DNA of 61,614 nucleotides from an uncultured Bacteroidales bacterium (GCA_964371595.1 CAYJNJ010000009.1:1-61614); one strand, 5' to 3'; shown: positions 37,066 through 47,090, numbered from the stretch's first letter. The notes: generated by a model from the sequence alone, not told the origin. Numbers and translations are program-made.

Positions 37066-38886
37066 CTACGCAAATGTTTGCAAATCGTGCAGCCTTTTGT
37101 ACAAACCGCCGGTCTTCATCAATTCTTCATGGTTGCCTTTTTCGGCAATTTTACCTTTTTCAAGGACGATGATCTCATCGGCGAATTTTATCGTGGATAA
37201 GCGATGCGCGATCACAATGGAGGTACGGTCTTTCATTACCTTCAGCAAAGCGTCCTGTACCAGCCGTTCTGACTCAGAATCAAGGGAAGAGGTGGCTTCA
37301 TCGAGGATGAGGATGGGAGGGTTGCGAAGGATGGCCCTGGCGATGCTGATGCGCTGCCGTTGTCCACCCGAAAGCTTTGCCCCGCGGTCGCCGATATTGG
37401 TATCGTAACCTTCTTCCATCGCCATAATAAACTCGTGCGCATTAGCTACTTTCGCCGCTTCCATCACGGCTTCCCTGCTAATGCCTTCCTTACCGAAAAC
37501 GATATTGTTAAAAACCGTATCGTTGAAAAGGATCGATTCCTGGGTCACGATGCCCATCTGTGACCTCAGGTCGTCGATGCGGTAATCTTTGATGTTGATG
37601 CCATCTACCAGGATCTCGCCGCTTACAGTGTCATAAAATCGCGGCAGCAGGTCGACAAAGGTCGATTTACCTCCCCCTGACGGCCCGACGAGGGCAATGA
37701 TCCTGCCTTTCTTTATCTCAACGCTGACCTTGCTTAACACTTCATCGTTCTCATAACTGAACGACACATCACGGTATTCGATCTTATCTTTGAATTCATC
37801 GATCCGCACGGGATTTTCCTTTTCGATGATCACTTCTTCTGCATCTAAAATTTCAAAGATCCGCTCTGCCGAAGCAATACCTTTTTGAATGCTGTAATAG
37901 CCGGTGGAAAAAGATTTTGCCGGTGGAATGATCTGTGAGAAAATCAGGATATAAGTGATGAAAACCGCTGCCGTTATAGTTCCGGAGTCTCCCAGTACCA
38001 GCCGTCCGCCGTACCAGAGGACTATGATGATGACTACTGACGAAAGGAATTCGCTCATCGGTGAAGAAAGGTCGCGCGTCCGGAGTACTTTCACCATCAT
38101 TTTTGAGTAATTACGGTTGAGATCACGGAAACGGAGGTCAGAAAACCCGATTGCAGTGAAAGCCTTGATGATGCGAAGGCCGCTGATCGTTTCCTCGACA
38201 ACCGATAAAAGCCCCGAAAACCGTTGCTGCGCGACTTTCGATTCCTTTCTCAGGTTCCTTCCGATAACCCCGATCACATACCCGGTCATCGGTAAAAGAA
38301 TGGTTACGAAAAAGGTGAGCTCAGGGCTCATGATCATGAGCGTGACGTAATAGGCGATGATGGTGATAGGGTCACGGAAGATGATCTCGAGGTAATGCAT
38401 GATGGAAACGTCTATTTCCTGGACATCCGTGGTGATCCTCGACATGATGTCGCCCTTTCGCCGTTGGTTGTAATAGGAAAGAGGCAGTATGAGGATTTTG
38501 TGATAAAGGTCGTTCCGGATGTCCCTTACCGAATGGACCCTGACCTTGGCCAGGAAGAACATGGCAAGAAAACGGAAAAGGTTCCGGAAAAAGAAGGTGG
38601 CAAGCAGGAATATGCAAATGAAAATCAATGCATCTACTTTTCCCTGCTGAATGATGATCTTACTGATGTAATAATTCAGGAAATCAATGACGGCCTCTGC
38701 GTTCAGCTTAAAATCAGGCCTTACCGTGACCAGATCCTCGATCCCGAACAGCAGGTTAAGAAAAGGGATCAGCATGACAAAGGTTACCAGCGAAAAAACG
38801 ATCACCATGATGTTGGCGACGACATTAAGCAGGGCATGGACCCAATAGGGCTTGATGTAGGCAAGGATCCTTAAAAATTTCTTCAT
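37066..38886 (-). CDS. MsbA-like ABC exporter (TMD + NBD)
   Basis: TM domain; GPSGGGKST, LSGGQRQR, LDEATS, IAHRLST. Confidence 0.9.
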   Translation of the reverse strand: MKKFLRILAYIKPYWVHALLNVVANIMVIVFSLVTFVMLIPFLNLLFGIEDLVTVRPDFKLNAEAVIDFLNYYISKIIIQQGKVDALIFICIFLLATFFFRNLFRFLAMFFLAKVRVHSVRDIRNDLYHKILILPLSYYNQRRKGDIMSRITTDVQEIDVSIMHYLEIIFRDPITIIAYYVTLMIMSPELTFFVTILLPMTGYVIGVIGRNLRKESKVAQQRFSGLLSVVEETISGLRIIKAFTAIGFSDLRFRDLNRNYSKMMVKVLRTRDLSSPMSEFLSSVVIIIVLWYGGRLVLGDSGTITAAVFITYILIFSQIIPPAKSFSTGYYSIQKGIASAERIFEILDAEEVIIEKENPVRIDEFKDKIEYRDVSFSYENDEVLSKVSVEIKKGRIIALVGPSGGGKSTFVDLLPRFYDTVSGEILVDGINIKDYRIDDLRSQMGIVTQESILFNDTVFNNIVFGKEGISREAVMEAAKVANAHEFIMAMEEGYDTNIGDRGAKLSGGQRQRISIARAILRNPPILILDEATSSLDSESERLVQDALLKVMKDRTSIVIAHRLSTIKFADEIIVLEKGKIAEKGNHEELMKTGGLYKRLHDLQTFA

Positions 38887-38903
38887 ACAGTATTATTGCT
38901 CCG

Positions 38904-40256
38904 TCAGATGATGTCGATGCCGGTATAATTTTCCGGTGTTATGCTTTTTAACTCTGCTTTGATATTTTTAGGGACCTTCAGTTCATCAATAAAAGCATGA
39001 AGGATTTTTTTATCGATCTTTTTATTTGTCCTGGTGAGCGTTTTTAACGCTTCGTAAGGATTCGGATAATTTTCCCTGCGAAGGATCGTCTGGATTGCTT
39101 CTGAAACGACAGCCCAGTTATCCTGGAGGTCCTGGTGAAGCTTTTCTTCATTGAGGATAAGCTTATCCATGCCTTTCATCAGGGATTTGATAGCGATCAT
39201 CGTATGGGCTATAGGGACACCTATATTGCGGATCACGGTCGAATCGGTCAGGTCGCGTTGTAAGCGCGAAATGGGAAGCTTTTCAGACATGTGACCGAAG
39301 ATGGCGTTGGCCATGCCCAGGTTGCCTTCCGCGTTCTCAAAATCGATGGGATTGACTTTGTGCGGCATTGCTGAAGAACCCGTCTCCGTAGCCTTTATCT
39401 TCTGCTTGAAATAATCCATCGCAATGTACATCCACATATCCCTGCAAAGATCAATGAGGATGGTGTTAATGCGGCTGAGATTGTCAAAAAGCGCAGCAAG
39501 GTTATCGTAATGCTCGATCTGCGTTGTGGCCTTCTGCCGCGTGAGGCCTAAAGAATGGTTGACAAACTGGTCGCCGAAGGCCGCCCAGTCGATATCGGGA
39601 TACGCTGCCTTATGCGCGTTGAAATTACCTGTTGCACCGCCGAACTTGGCCCCGAAGGGGATGGTTTTCAGCAGGGCAAGCTGGTTCTTCAGCCGGTCTG
39701 AGAAGACATAGATCTCTTTGCCAAGCTTTGTCGGCGAGGCCGGCTGGCCGTGCGTCCGGGCAAGCATGGGAATATCTTTCCATGCTTTCGCTTTTCGCGT
39801 CAGCATATCTTCAAGCTCGTTTATCAACGGCAGGACCACATCGTGAAGGGCCAGTTTGGTCATATAAGGAATTGCCGTGTTGTTGATATCCTGGGAAGTC
39901 AGCCCGAAATGGACAAATTCCTTGTAGTTCTTTATCTTCAGTTTTTCAAACTGTTTTTTCACATAATATTCTACCGCTTTCACATCGTGATTGGTAGTCT
40001 TTTCAATCTGTTTCACTTCTTCGGCATCCTGGAAAGTGAAGTTGCGGCTGATGCCCCTCAGCTCTTCGAAATACTTATTATCGAAACCCTGAAGCTGGGG
40101 CAAAGGAATATTGCATAGTGCAATGAAATATTCGATCTCAATAAAAACACGGTAATTGATATAGGCAGCTTCAGAAAAGTAATATGAAAGCGTTTCGGTT
40201 TGCTTCCGGTACCTGCCATCAACAGGCGAAATAGCGTTGGATGTGGTAAGTTCCAT
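38904..40256 (-). CDS. purB: Adenylosuccinate lyase
   Basis: SPVDGRY, TNHDVKAVEY, ARTHGQPA, GSSAMPHKVNPIDFEN. Confidence 0.97.
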   Translation of the reverse strand: MELTTSNAISPVDGRYRKQTETLSYYFSEAAYINYRVFIEIEYFIALCNIPLPQLQGFDNKYFEELRGISRNFTFQDAEEVKQIEKTTNHDVKAVEYYVKKQFEKLKIKNYKEFVHFGLTSQDINNTAIPYMTKLALHDVVLPLINELEDMLTRKAKAWKDIPMLARTHGQPASPTKLGKEIYVFSDRLKNQLALLKTIPFGAKFGGATGNFNAHKAAYPDIDWAAFGDQFVNHSLGLTRQKATTQIEHYDNLAALFDNLSRINTILIDLCRDMWMYIAMDYFKQKIKATETGSSAMPHKVNPIDFENAEGNLGMANAIFGHMSEKLPISRLQRDLTDSTVIRNIGVPIAHTMIAIKSLMKGMDKLILNEEKLHQDLQDNWAVVSEAIQTILRRENYPNPYEALKTLTRTNKKIDKKILHAFIDELKVPKNIKAELKSITPENYTGIDII

Positions 40257-40370
40257 GGGTTCGGTTATTAATTATTTCACCGGGTAAATTTAACTACAAA
40301 CCATTCGAAATGTCAACTATTTCTTCTTTTTTTTAACCAATTTAGCCTAAATTCGTGAAAATATCATGAA

Positions 40371-42296
40371 TTGAGCGATATCCGGAACATATTGATACGT
40401 TACTGGGGCCATTCTTCTTTCCGGCCATTGCAGGAGGAGATCATCCAATCTGTCATGGAAGGAAAAGATACGCTGGCTCTGCTTCCGACAGGAGGCGGCA
40501 AATCCGTTTGTTTCCAGGTCCCTGCGCTTGCTATGGAAGGGGTCTGCCTGGTCATCACGCCCCTTATCGCCCTGATGAAAGACCAGGTGGAAAACCTGAA
40601 GAAGAAAGGGATCAAGGCTGTAGCGGTTTATTCAGGCATGCACCGGAACGAAATCCAGATTGCTTTTGACAATTGCGCATATGGGGATGTCAAATTCCTT
40701 TACCTGTCGCCGGAAAGGTTGCAGACCGAGCAGTTTCAGCAGGTCATCCGGAAACTGAAGGTCTGCCTGCTGGCTGTCGATGAGGCCCATTGCATTTCCC
40801 AGTGGGGCTATGATTTCCGCCCGCCATACATGAAAATCGCGGAAACCAGGCGGTTTATCCCGAAGGTACCGGTGCTTGCCCTTACGGCCACTGCTACCCC
40901 GGGCGTAGTGAAAGACATCCAGAAAAGTCTGGAATTCAAAGCTGAAAATGTATTCAGCAAGAGTTTTGAGAGGAAAAACCTTACCTATATTGTTATAAAG
41001 GAAGAAGACAGGAATGGCCGGCTGCTGAGGATATTGAAAAAAGTTCCCGGACCGGGCATAATTTATGTGCGGAACCGCCGGAAAACCGCTGAAACAGCCA
41101 CATTTCTGAATAAAAACGGGTTTAAGGCCGATTTTTACCACGCAGGCCTCGACATGGCGACCCGCAGCAAAAAGCAGGATGCCTGGATCAGGGAAGAGAA
41201 AAGGATCATGGTGGCTACCAATGCTTTCGGGATGGGGATCGACAAACCGAATGTTCGCCTGGTGGTCCATATCGATCTCCCCGACAGTATCGAGGCCTAT
41301 TTCCAGGAGGCAGGCCGGGGCGGCAGGGATGAAAAGAGATCATATGCCGTAACCCTTTACCAGCAGGCAGACCTGGCAAAACTGAAAGAAAATTTCGAAA
41401 AGGAATACCCACCGATAGATAAGATAAGGGAAGTGTACCAGTCGCTCGGAAATTATTTCCAGTTGCCCGTCGGAAGCGGCAAAGATGAAAGCTTTGATTT
41501 TGAGCTCTATTCCTTTTGCCGGAATTACAGCTTCAACCCGGTGATTGCCTTTAATTCCCTGCGTTTCCTGGAAAGGGAAGGGTATATTATGTTGAATGAA
41601 TCACTGGAAACTCCGTCGCGGATTCATTTTGAAAGCAACAGGGAGGATATTTACCGCTTCCAGGTTGAAAACCCTAAACTGGATCCTTTCATCAAATTGT
41701 TGTTAAGGTCATATTCCGGTGTCTTTACCGAATTTGTGCCTGTGAATGAAGCCGAGCTGTCGAAAAGGGCCGGGATCAGGGAAGATGAAGTAGTTGCCAA
41801 TATGATGAAACTGGCGAAAACAGGCCTTTTGAGCTATGCGCGGAAGCCCGGCAAACCGCAGATCATCTACCCGGTAGAAAGGCTGGATGTGAAAAACCTT
41901 CACATTTCGGCGGAAAACTACCATGAAAGAAAGAAGTTTGCCATGGTCCGCATGGAAGCTGTGATGGAGTATATTGTATCGGAAGATCAATGCCGCAGCC
42001 AGATGTTGCTTAAATATTTCGGCGAGAAAAATCCTCCCCGCTGCGGTCGCTGTGATATTTGCCTTGAGCGTAATAAGATGAACCTGAACGAGATGGAGTT
42101 CGAGCAGATAAGGAGTAAAGTACAGGAACTCCTCCAGGCAAGGCCTATGACGCTTGCCGAGCTGGTCTATGAAGCGGGTTCATACGGCGAAGCGCACTTG
42201 CTGATGGTCATCCGCTGGCTGGAAGATAAAGGGGCGGTAACGCGCGATGAGGAAATGAGGTATGCGTGGAGGAAGCAGTTTAAACTAAGAATATGA
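40371..42296 (+). CDS. RecQ family ATP-dependent DNA helicase
   Basis: PTGGGKS, DEAHCISQWGYDFRP, ATNAFGMGIDK, QEAGRGGRD, Zn-binding CR...CGRCDIC. Confidence 0.93.
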   Translation: MSDIRNILIRYWGHSSFRPLQEEIIQSVMEGKDTLALLPTGGGKSVCFQVPALAMEGVCLVITPLIALMKDQVENLKKKGIKAVAVYSGMHRNEIQIAFDNCAYGDVKFLYLSPERLQTEQFQQVIRKLKVCLLAVDEAHCISQWGYDFRPPYMKIAETRRFIPKVPVLALTATATPGVVKDIQKSLEFKAENVFSKSFERKNLTYIVIKEEDRNGRLLRILKKVPGPGIIYVRNRRKTAETATFLNKNGFKADFYHAGLDMATRSKKQDAWIREEKRIMVATNAFGMGIDKPNVRLVVHIDLPDSIEAYFQEAGRGGRDEKRSYAVTLYQQADLAKLKENFEKEYPPIDKIREVYQSLGNYFQLPVGSGKDESFDFELYSFCRNYSFNPVIAFNSLRFLEREGYIMLNESLETPSRIHFESNREDIYRFQVENPKLDPFIKLLLRSYSGVFTEFVPVNEAELSKRAGIREDEVVANMMKLAKTGLLSYARKPGKPQIIYPVERLDVKNLHISAENYHERKKFAMVRMEAVMEYIVSEDQCRSQMLLKYFGEKNPPRCGRCDICLERNKMNLNEMEFEQIRSKVQELLQARPMTLAELVYEAGSYGEAHLLMVIRWLEDKGAVTRDEEMRYAWRKQFKLRI

Positions 42297-42312
42297 ATAA
42301 TGCTTAATGTTT

Positions 42313-42465
42313 GAGCCCGCTCCGAAAAGTCAAATTTCTGAAAGATGCCACTAAAACACAAAAACACAAAATCACACCAAAAATTGGTTATCAATGTTAT
42401 AATATTTTGTGAATTTTCGTGTTTTAGTGATTTTGTGACTAAAAAAGGCTTTTCGGAGTGGACTC
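42313..42465. mobile_element. MITE-like element, copy 3 (153 bp, intact TIRs, 6-bp TSD)
   Basis: TIRs GAGCCCGCTCCGAAAAGTC / GGCTTTTCGGAGTGGACTC (16/19 match). ATGTTT is duplicated at 42307-42312 and 42466-42471. Same GCCACTAAAACAC core as copies 1 and 2. Confidence 0.82.
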
Positions 42466-42500
42466 ATGTTTAATGCTTAATGATTAATTTTTAATGAATA

Positions 42501-43091
42501 ATGGGTAAAATTGATAAGCAGTTTTATATACGGGAGGATGTTGTCGGGATTGCACGGAACTTAATCGGAAAATATCTTTATACACAATTCGACGGGGGGA
42601 TCACGGCGGGGATAATCACTGAAACTGAGGCTTATGAAGGTGTCACCGACAGGGCTTCGCATGCTTTTGGCAACAGAAGGACGAACAGGACTGAGGTGAT
42701 GTTTGCCGAAGGCGGTCTTGCCTACGTATACTTGTGTTATGGCGTTCATTCCCTTTTCAATATTGTAACGAATAAGAAAGATACGCCACATGCCGTGCTG
42801 ATCAGGGGTATTTTGCCGGTTGAAGGGCTGGAAATAATGAGGGTAAGATCCGGTAAAAGCATCATAAATATGAGCGCAGGCACGGGACCGGGAAATGTTT
42901 CGAAGCTGCTGGGCATACATTTTTCACAGAGCGGCACCGACCTTTCGGGAAATAAGATCTGGCTTGAAGATAAAGGGTTGAACCTGGAAGGGGACATAAT
43001 TCAAGGTACCCGTATCGGGGTTCAATATGCCGGTGATGACGCGCTATTGCCATACCGGTTCAGGGTAAAGGAGGTGAAAATTAACAGATAA
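42501..43091 (+). CDS. DNA-3-methyladenine glycosylase (MPG family)
   Basis: GIITETEAY, DRASHA, YVYLCYG, AVLIR, GPG, RIGV. Confidence 0.93.
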   Translation: MGKIDKQFYIREDVVGIARNLIGKYLYTQFDGGITAGIITETEAYEGVTDRASHAFGNRRTNRTEVMFAEGGLAYVYLCYGVHSLFNIVTNKKDTPHAVLIRGILPVEGLEIMRVRSGKSIINMSAGTGPGNVSKLLGIHFSQSGTDLSGNKIWLEDKGLNLEGDIIQGTRIGVQYAGDDALLPYRFRVKEVKINR

Positions 43092-43127
43092 AAAAAACCG
43101 GCTTCGTTTTCACGATGCCGGTTTTTT
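43090..43127. terminator. Bidirectional intrinsic terminator
   Basis: A8-CCGGC...GCCGG-T6 between the convergent MPG and HU genes. Confidence 0.8.
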
Positions 43128-43147
43128 AGCTTTTTTGAAAAGGAAGC

Positions 43148-43420
43148 TTATTTCACCGTGTTGGAGAGATCAGCGCCAGCTTTGAATCTGACAACTTTCT
43201 TGGCTGCGATCTTGATTTCTTTTCCAGTCTGCGGGTTTCTGCCTTTTCTTGCGGCTCTCTTGGCAACAGAGAATGAACCAAATCAAACCAGGGCAAACCT
43301 GTCACTCTTCTTCAGAGCTTTCATGGTGCTGCTGACGAATGCCTCAAGGGCTTTCTTGGAATCGGCCTTAGTCATTCCGGTTTCTTTTGCCATTGCATCG
43401 ATTAATTCTGCTTTGTTCAT
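43148..43420 (-). pseudogene. hup: HU family DNA-binding protein with in-frame TGA at codon 46 (pseudogene or sequence error)
   Basis: Hand translation: [92 protein letters not shown] is at 43283-43285. Confidence 0.85.
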
Positions 43421-43597
43421 GCTTGTAAGTTTTAAAAGTTAACATTACATAAAACACTACAAAAATAAGCCATACAGAAAAAAAGTCAAGCAAAAAGCCC
43501 GTAAATAAAGGGAAATGTTAATAAGTCGATATTTTTGTTAATAACTCAAGCTCTAAAAGCGTTGTTACAGTAAGGAAAGCGGGCTTTTTTTGTACGA

Positions 43598-44566
43598 TCA
43601 CCCCATCTTCCAGTCAGAACCAACCTTGAATCCGCGTAAAAATTCTTCTGTTTTCATCGATTTTTTACCTGCCAGCTGTAACTCAAAGATATTAATGGTT
43701 CCGTCATTGGTTACGACTGAAAGCACCTTCTTGCCATCGGTTACAAGAGTTGATGGTGCTAAACCGCCCGTACCTGAAGATTTTCCTGCGCGGTATATTT
43801 TCACATGGTGCTGCTCTCCAGCCGGAGAAACAAGAAAAGTAAAGGCTGCAGGATATGGGCTCAATCCCCTGATCAGGTTATAGATCTCGTCGGTATTGCG
43901 GTTCCAGTCGATCCTGCAGTTCTCCCTGAAAATTTTCGGGGCTGGTTTTAAAGGCCCGGTAACCGCAATAAGCTTTCCCTGCTCGATCGTTTTTATTTCA
44001 CCTTCCAGGATGGCCTTAGTGGTTTTCAGCACCAGCTCTGCTCCGGCAAGCATCATCCTGTCGTGCAGTTCGCCGGCGGTTTCATCGGGAGAAACCGGGA
44101 TCTTCTCCTGGAAAATGATTTCCCCGGTATCTATTTCGTGCTTCAGGAAAAAGGTCGTAAGCCCGGTTTCGGTTTCACCATTTATAATGACATGGTTAAT
44201 TGGGGCAGCTCCGCGGTATTGAGGCAGCAAGGAAGCGTGTAGGTTAAAAGTTCCCAGGGGCGGCATTTGCCAGACCACTTCAGGCAGCATACGGAATGCC
44301 ACCACGATGAACAGGTCTGCCTTAAGGTTCTCTAAGGATTGAAGGAATTCCTGATTTTTCAGCTTTTCGGGCTGCAACACCCGGATGCCATGGCTTTCGG
44401 CATATTTTTTAACCGGTGGGCGCTGGAGCAACTGGCCGCGGCCGGCAGGTTGATCGGGCGCTGTAACCACAGCAGCAATATCAAATCCATGCTTAACAAG
44501 AATGTCAAGTGAGGCAACAGCAAAATCAGGGGTGCCGAGAAAAATAATACAGGGCGCTTCTTTCAT
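43598..44566 (-). CDS. fmt: Methionyl-tRNA formyltransferase
   Basis: FLGTPDFA, NLHASLLPQYRGAAPIN, IRGLSPYPAA. Confidence 0.97.
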   Translation of the reverse strand: MKEAPCIIFLGTPDFAVASLDILVKHGFDIAAVVTAPDQPAGRGQLLQRPPVKKYAESHGIRVLQPEKLKNQEFLQSLENLKADLFIVVAFRMLPEVVWQMPPLGTFNLHASLLPQYRGAAPINHVIINGETETGLTTFFLKHEIDTGEIIFQEKIPVSPDETAGELHDRMMLAGAELVLKTTKAILEGEIKTIEQGKLIAVTGPLKPAPKIFRENCRIDWNRNTDEIYNLIRGLSPYPAAFTFLVSPAGEQHHVKIYRAGKSSGTGGLAPSTLVTDGKKVLSVVTNDGTINIFELQLAGKKSMKTEEFLRGFKVGSDWKMG

Positions 44567-44596
44567 AGAAGCGAAATTACGTAAAATGCAGGGATA

Positions 44597-45280
44597 TTAC
44601 ATCAGGCCCTTGACGCGGGTGATGTATTTGTCGATTTCCCGTCCTTCGTTGGTATTCGGGAAATTGAACTTGATCTTTTCATAAGCTTCCAGGGCCTTCT
44701 TATAGTCCTTCTGGGTTTCGAAGGTCCAACCGGCCTTCATCAGGAAAAGAGGGGTGGTGAATTCATTATCTTCAATGCTGGCAGCTTCTGTATAATAATC
44801 AGCGGCTTTGCCGGGCTGGCCGAGCTCCATGTATGCATCACCGATAGCGCCTTTGGCCATGGGTCCGAGGACATGGTCTTTTGCTTTGAAGGATTTAAGG
44901 TGATCAATGGCGTCATTGTAATTTCCCATTTTCAGGTAGCAGATGCCGGCATAATATTCAGCAAGGTTAGCCCCCTGGGTCATGCCGTAATCGTCAATAA
45001 CCTCCAGGAAACCGGGATACATTCCATCGCCGTTAAGGGCAAGATTCAGTGAATCGATCTCGAAATATCTTTCCGCCATGAACATTTGTTCTTTCACTTC
45101 CTGTTCTTTAGGGGCCATGTAAAACCTTTTGAATGCGAAGAATATCAGCACTACAATTACGATTGCGCCGATAATGATCGTCAACAGCTTCTGGTTTTGT
45201 TCAATAAATCTTTCTGATTTACTCAGAGCTTCCTCAACCGCTACAATTCCGCCTTCGGTTTTATCCTGCTTCTTAACCAT
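44597..45280 (-). CDS. Membrane-anchored TPR protein (YfgM-like)
   Basis: Single N-terminal TM helix followed by TPR helices. Confidence 0.8.
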   Translation of the reverse strand: MVKKQDKTEGGIVAVEEALSKSERFIEQNQKLLTIIIGAIVIVVLIFFAFKRFYMAPKEQEVKEQMFMAERYFEIDSLNLALNGDGMYPGFLEVIDDYGMTQGANLAEYYAGICYLKMGNYNDAIDHLKSFKAKDHVLGPMAKGAIGDAYMELGQPGKAADYYTEAASIEDNEFTTPLFLMKAGWTFETQKDYKKALEAYEKIKFNFPNTNEGREIDKYITRVKGLM

Positions 45281-45309
45281 AGTTGATTACCTTTTTTAGT
45301 TTCAGGGTG

Positions 45310-45363
45310 CAAAAGTAAATCTTTTTATTGATTTGGCAAGACTCTATGATTTTATTAACTTTG
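45310..45363. promoter_or_regulatory. Divergent Bacteroidota sigma-A promoters
   Basis: On +, TTTG (45332-45335), a 20-nt spacer, then TAACTTTG (45356-45363). On -, TACTTTTG at 45310-45317. Confidence 0.65.
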
Positions 45364-45397
45364 TTCCGTGACATATCTTTAAATAAATCAATATACT

Positions 45398-45667
45398 ATG
45401 GGAAAAGGTGATAAAAAATCAAAGCGCGGAAAGATCATTATGGGATCTTACGGCGTAAGAAGGCCACAAAGGACGAATTCCGGGCCTGTTGCACAGCCGT
45501 TGAAAGAAGAAAAACCTGCGGCAAAGGAGAAAGCCACCGCACCGCCGAAAGCATCGAAAGCCGAAGCCCTGGTTGAATCTCCGGTAGTTGAAGCTAAAGT
45601 GGAAGAAGCAGCAAAGCCTGCAAAGAAAAAAACAGCGCCGAAAGCGTCTTCCAAAAAAGAAGAATAA
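45398..45667 (+). CDS. thx: 30S ribosomal protein bTHX with Lys/Ala/Glu-rich tail
   Basis: MGKGDKKSKRGKIIMGSYGVRRP is the THX signature. Confidence 0.85.
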   Translation: MGKGDKKSKRGKIIMGSYGVRRPQRTNSGPVAQPLKEEKPAAKEKATAPPKASKAEALVESPVVEAKVEEAAKPAKKKTAPKASSKKEE

Positions 45668-45707
45668 TTCACTTCGGTGAACCTGGCTTTTAAATCATAG
45701 CAGGAAG

Positions 45708-47090
45708 TCACAGGCTTCCTGCTATTTTTTTGAAAAGGCTTCCTCTTTCCTCGAAATTGCGGAAACTATCGTATGAGGCTGCCGCTGGTGACAAAAGGCA
45801 GATTTTCCCCTTTCCGGTCACCTCCGGTATGATTTCAAATGCTTCCTGCAGAGAGGCTGCCATGACCAGGTTCTTATCCTTCATTTCAAATGCGCGGAAC
45901 CCTTCATACATCCGCATCCCGGCTTTGCCAAGGAAGATGAAATTCCTCACGGCGGAGTGCGCCAGGAAATCAATCATAGCCGTATAGTCAAGCATCCTGT
46001 CGAAACCGCCCAGGATCAGCGTATCTGTCCCGGGTAAGGTCCTGACGGCAGCAATGGTAGCTTCGGGAATCGTGGCTATAGAATCATTGTAAAAATGGAT
46101 GCCCCTGAAGCAACCCGCGTATTCCAGCCTGTGCTCAAGGCCGGCAAAAGTCATGAGGCCGGCTTTGATGCCTTCACTGGAAGCGCCTGCCTGCCTGGCT
46201 GCCAGGATTGCCGCCATCATATTCATCCGGTTATGCTGCCCTTTCAAAGGGAAATCATCGGTAACCTCAATAAACTCTTTTTCCCTGCCATTCCGGACCA
46301 GCATAATGCGGTTGCCTGAAAGGTAACAGCCTTCCTGCACCTTGTACCCCGACGAGAACGAAAGAAAATGCCGCCAGGTTTTTATTTTCCTGATCCTTTC
46401 ACTGATCCCGGGAATATCTTCATTATAAATAAATGTACCATTTTCGAGCTGTCCTGAAAGGATCCTCATTTTAGCACTGTAATAATCCTCAAGTGAAGCA
46501 TAGCGGTCGAGGTGCTCGGGGAACAGGTTCAGCAGCACGGAAATATGAGGGGCCAGGATGGAGTCTTCGAGCTGGTGCGACGACATTTCGAAAACGATCT
46601 GTGTTTCACTGCCGGCCTGGTCGAGGTAATCGAATGGCGGCAGGCCGATGTTGCCAACAAGTATGCTGTCGATACCCGAGGTCTTCAGCAGGTGATGGAT
46701 CAGGCTCGAGGTAGTGCTCTTTCCCTTGGTCCCGGTAATGCCTGTGATCTGCCTGTGATAAGCCTCAAGCATAAGACGGGTCTGCGAAGTAAGCACGGTC
46801 GCCGGTCCTGGCATGGCCCCGGCAGGGATACTGACCCCCGGGCTTTTAATTATAAAATCATATTCGGTCAGTGAGGCGAGATAATCGGGTCCCAGATGAA
46901 GTTTGAGATTTCCGTCGTTCAGCATTCCGCCAGCTTTTTCCGCCAGTTCCGGGTCCTGGTCAGCAATGCCAAGCGGAAGCCCGGGAAAATGGTCCCTTAA
47001 AAAACGAAAAGTCGACCTGCCTTCTTTTCCAAAGCCAAGGATCAGTACTTTGTGGTTCAACAGCAGCGGTGCCAGCAGTTTAATCATCAT
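45708..47090 (-). CDS. murD: UDP-MurNAc-L-Ala--glutamate ligase, probably MurD2 (L-Glu-adding) type
   Basis: KSPGV, ITGTKGKSTT, GNIGLP, EMSSHQL, EHRLE, YNDSIAT, LSPAAASYD; ATGA overlap with murL. Confidence 0.88.
   Translation of the reverse strand: MMIKLLAPLLLNHKVLILGFGKEGRSTFRFLRDHFPGLPLGIADQDPELAEKAGGMLNDGNLKLHLGPDYLASLTEYDFIIKSPGVSIPAGAMPGPATVLTSQTRLMLEAYHRQITGITGTKGKSTTSSLIHHLLKTSGIDSILVGNIGLPPFDYLDQAGSETQIVFEMSSHQLEDSILAPHISVLLNLFPEHLDRYASLEDYYSAKMRILSGQLENGTFIYNEDIPGISERIRKIKTWRHFLSFSSGYKVQEGCYLSGNRIMLVRNGREKEFIEVTDDFPLKGQHNRMNMMAAILAARQAGASSEGIKAGLMTFAGLEHRLEYAGCFRGIHFYNDSIATIPEATIAAVRTLPGTDTLILGGFDRMLDYTAMIDFLAHSAVRNFIFLGKAGMRMYEGFRAFEMKDKNLVMAASLQEAFEIIPEVTGKGKICLLSPAAASYDSFRNFEERGSLFKKIAGSL

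Noticed and set aside
43283-43285. Genome-wide UGA=Gly recoding (genetic code 25) suggested by the HU TGA
   Set aside because: TGA terminates many intact genes here (alaS, murL, recQ, fmt), and no other conserved gene shows an internal TGA.
43158-43442. 94-aa plus-strand ORF
   Set aside because: It is the antisense shadow of the HU gene.
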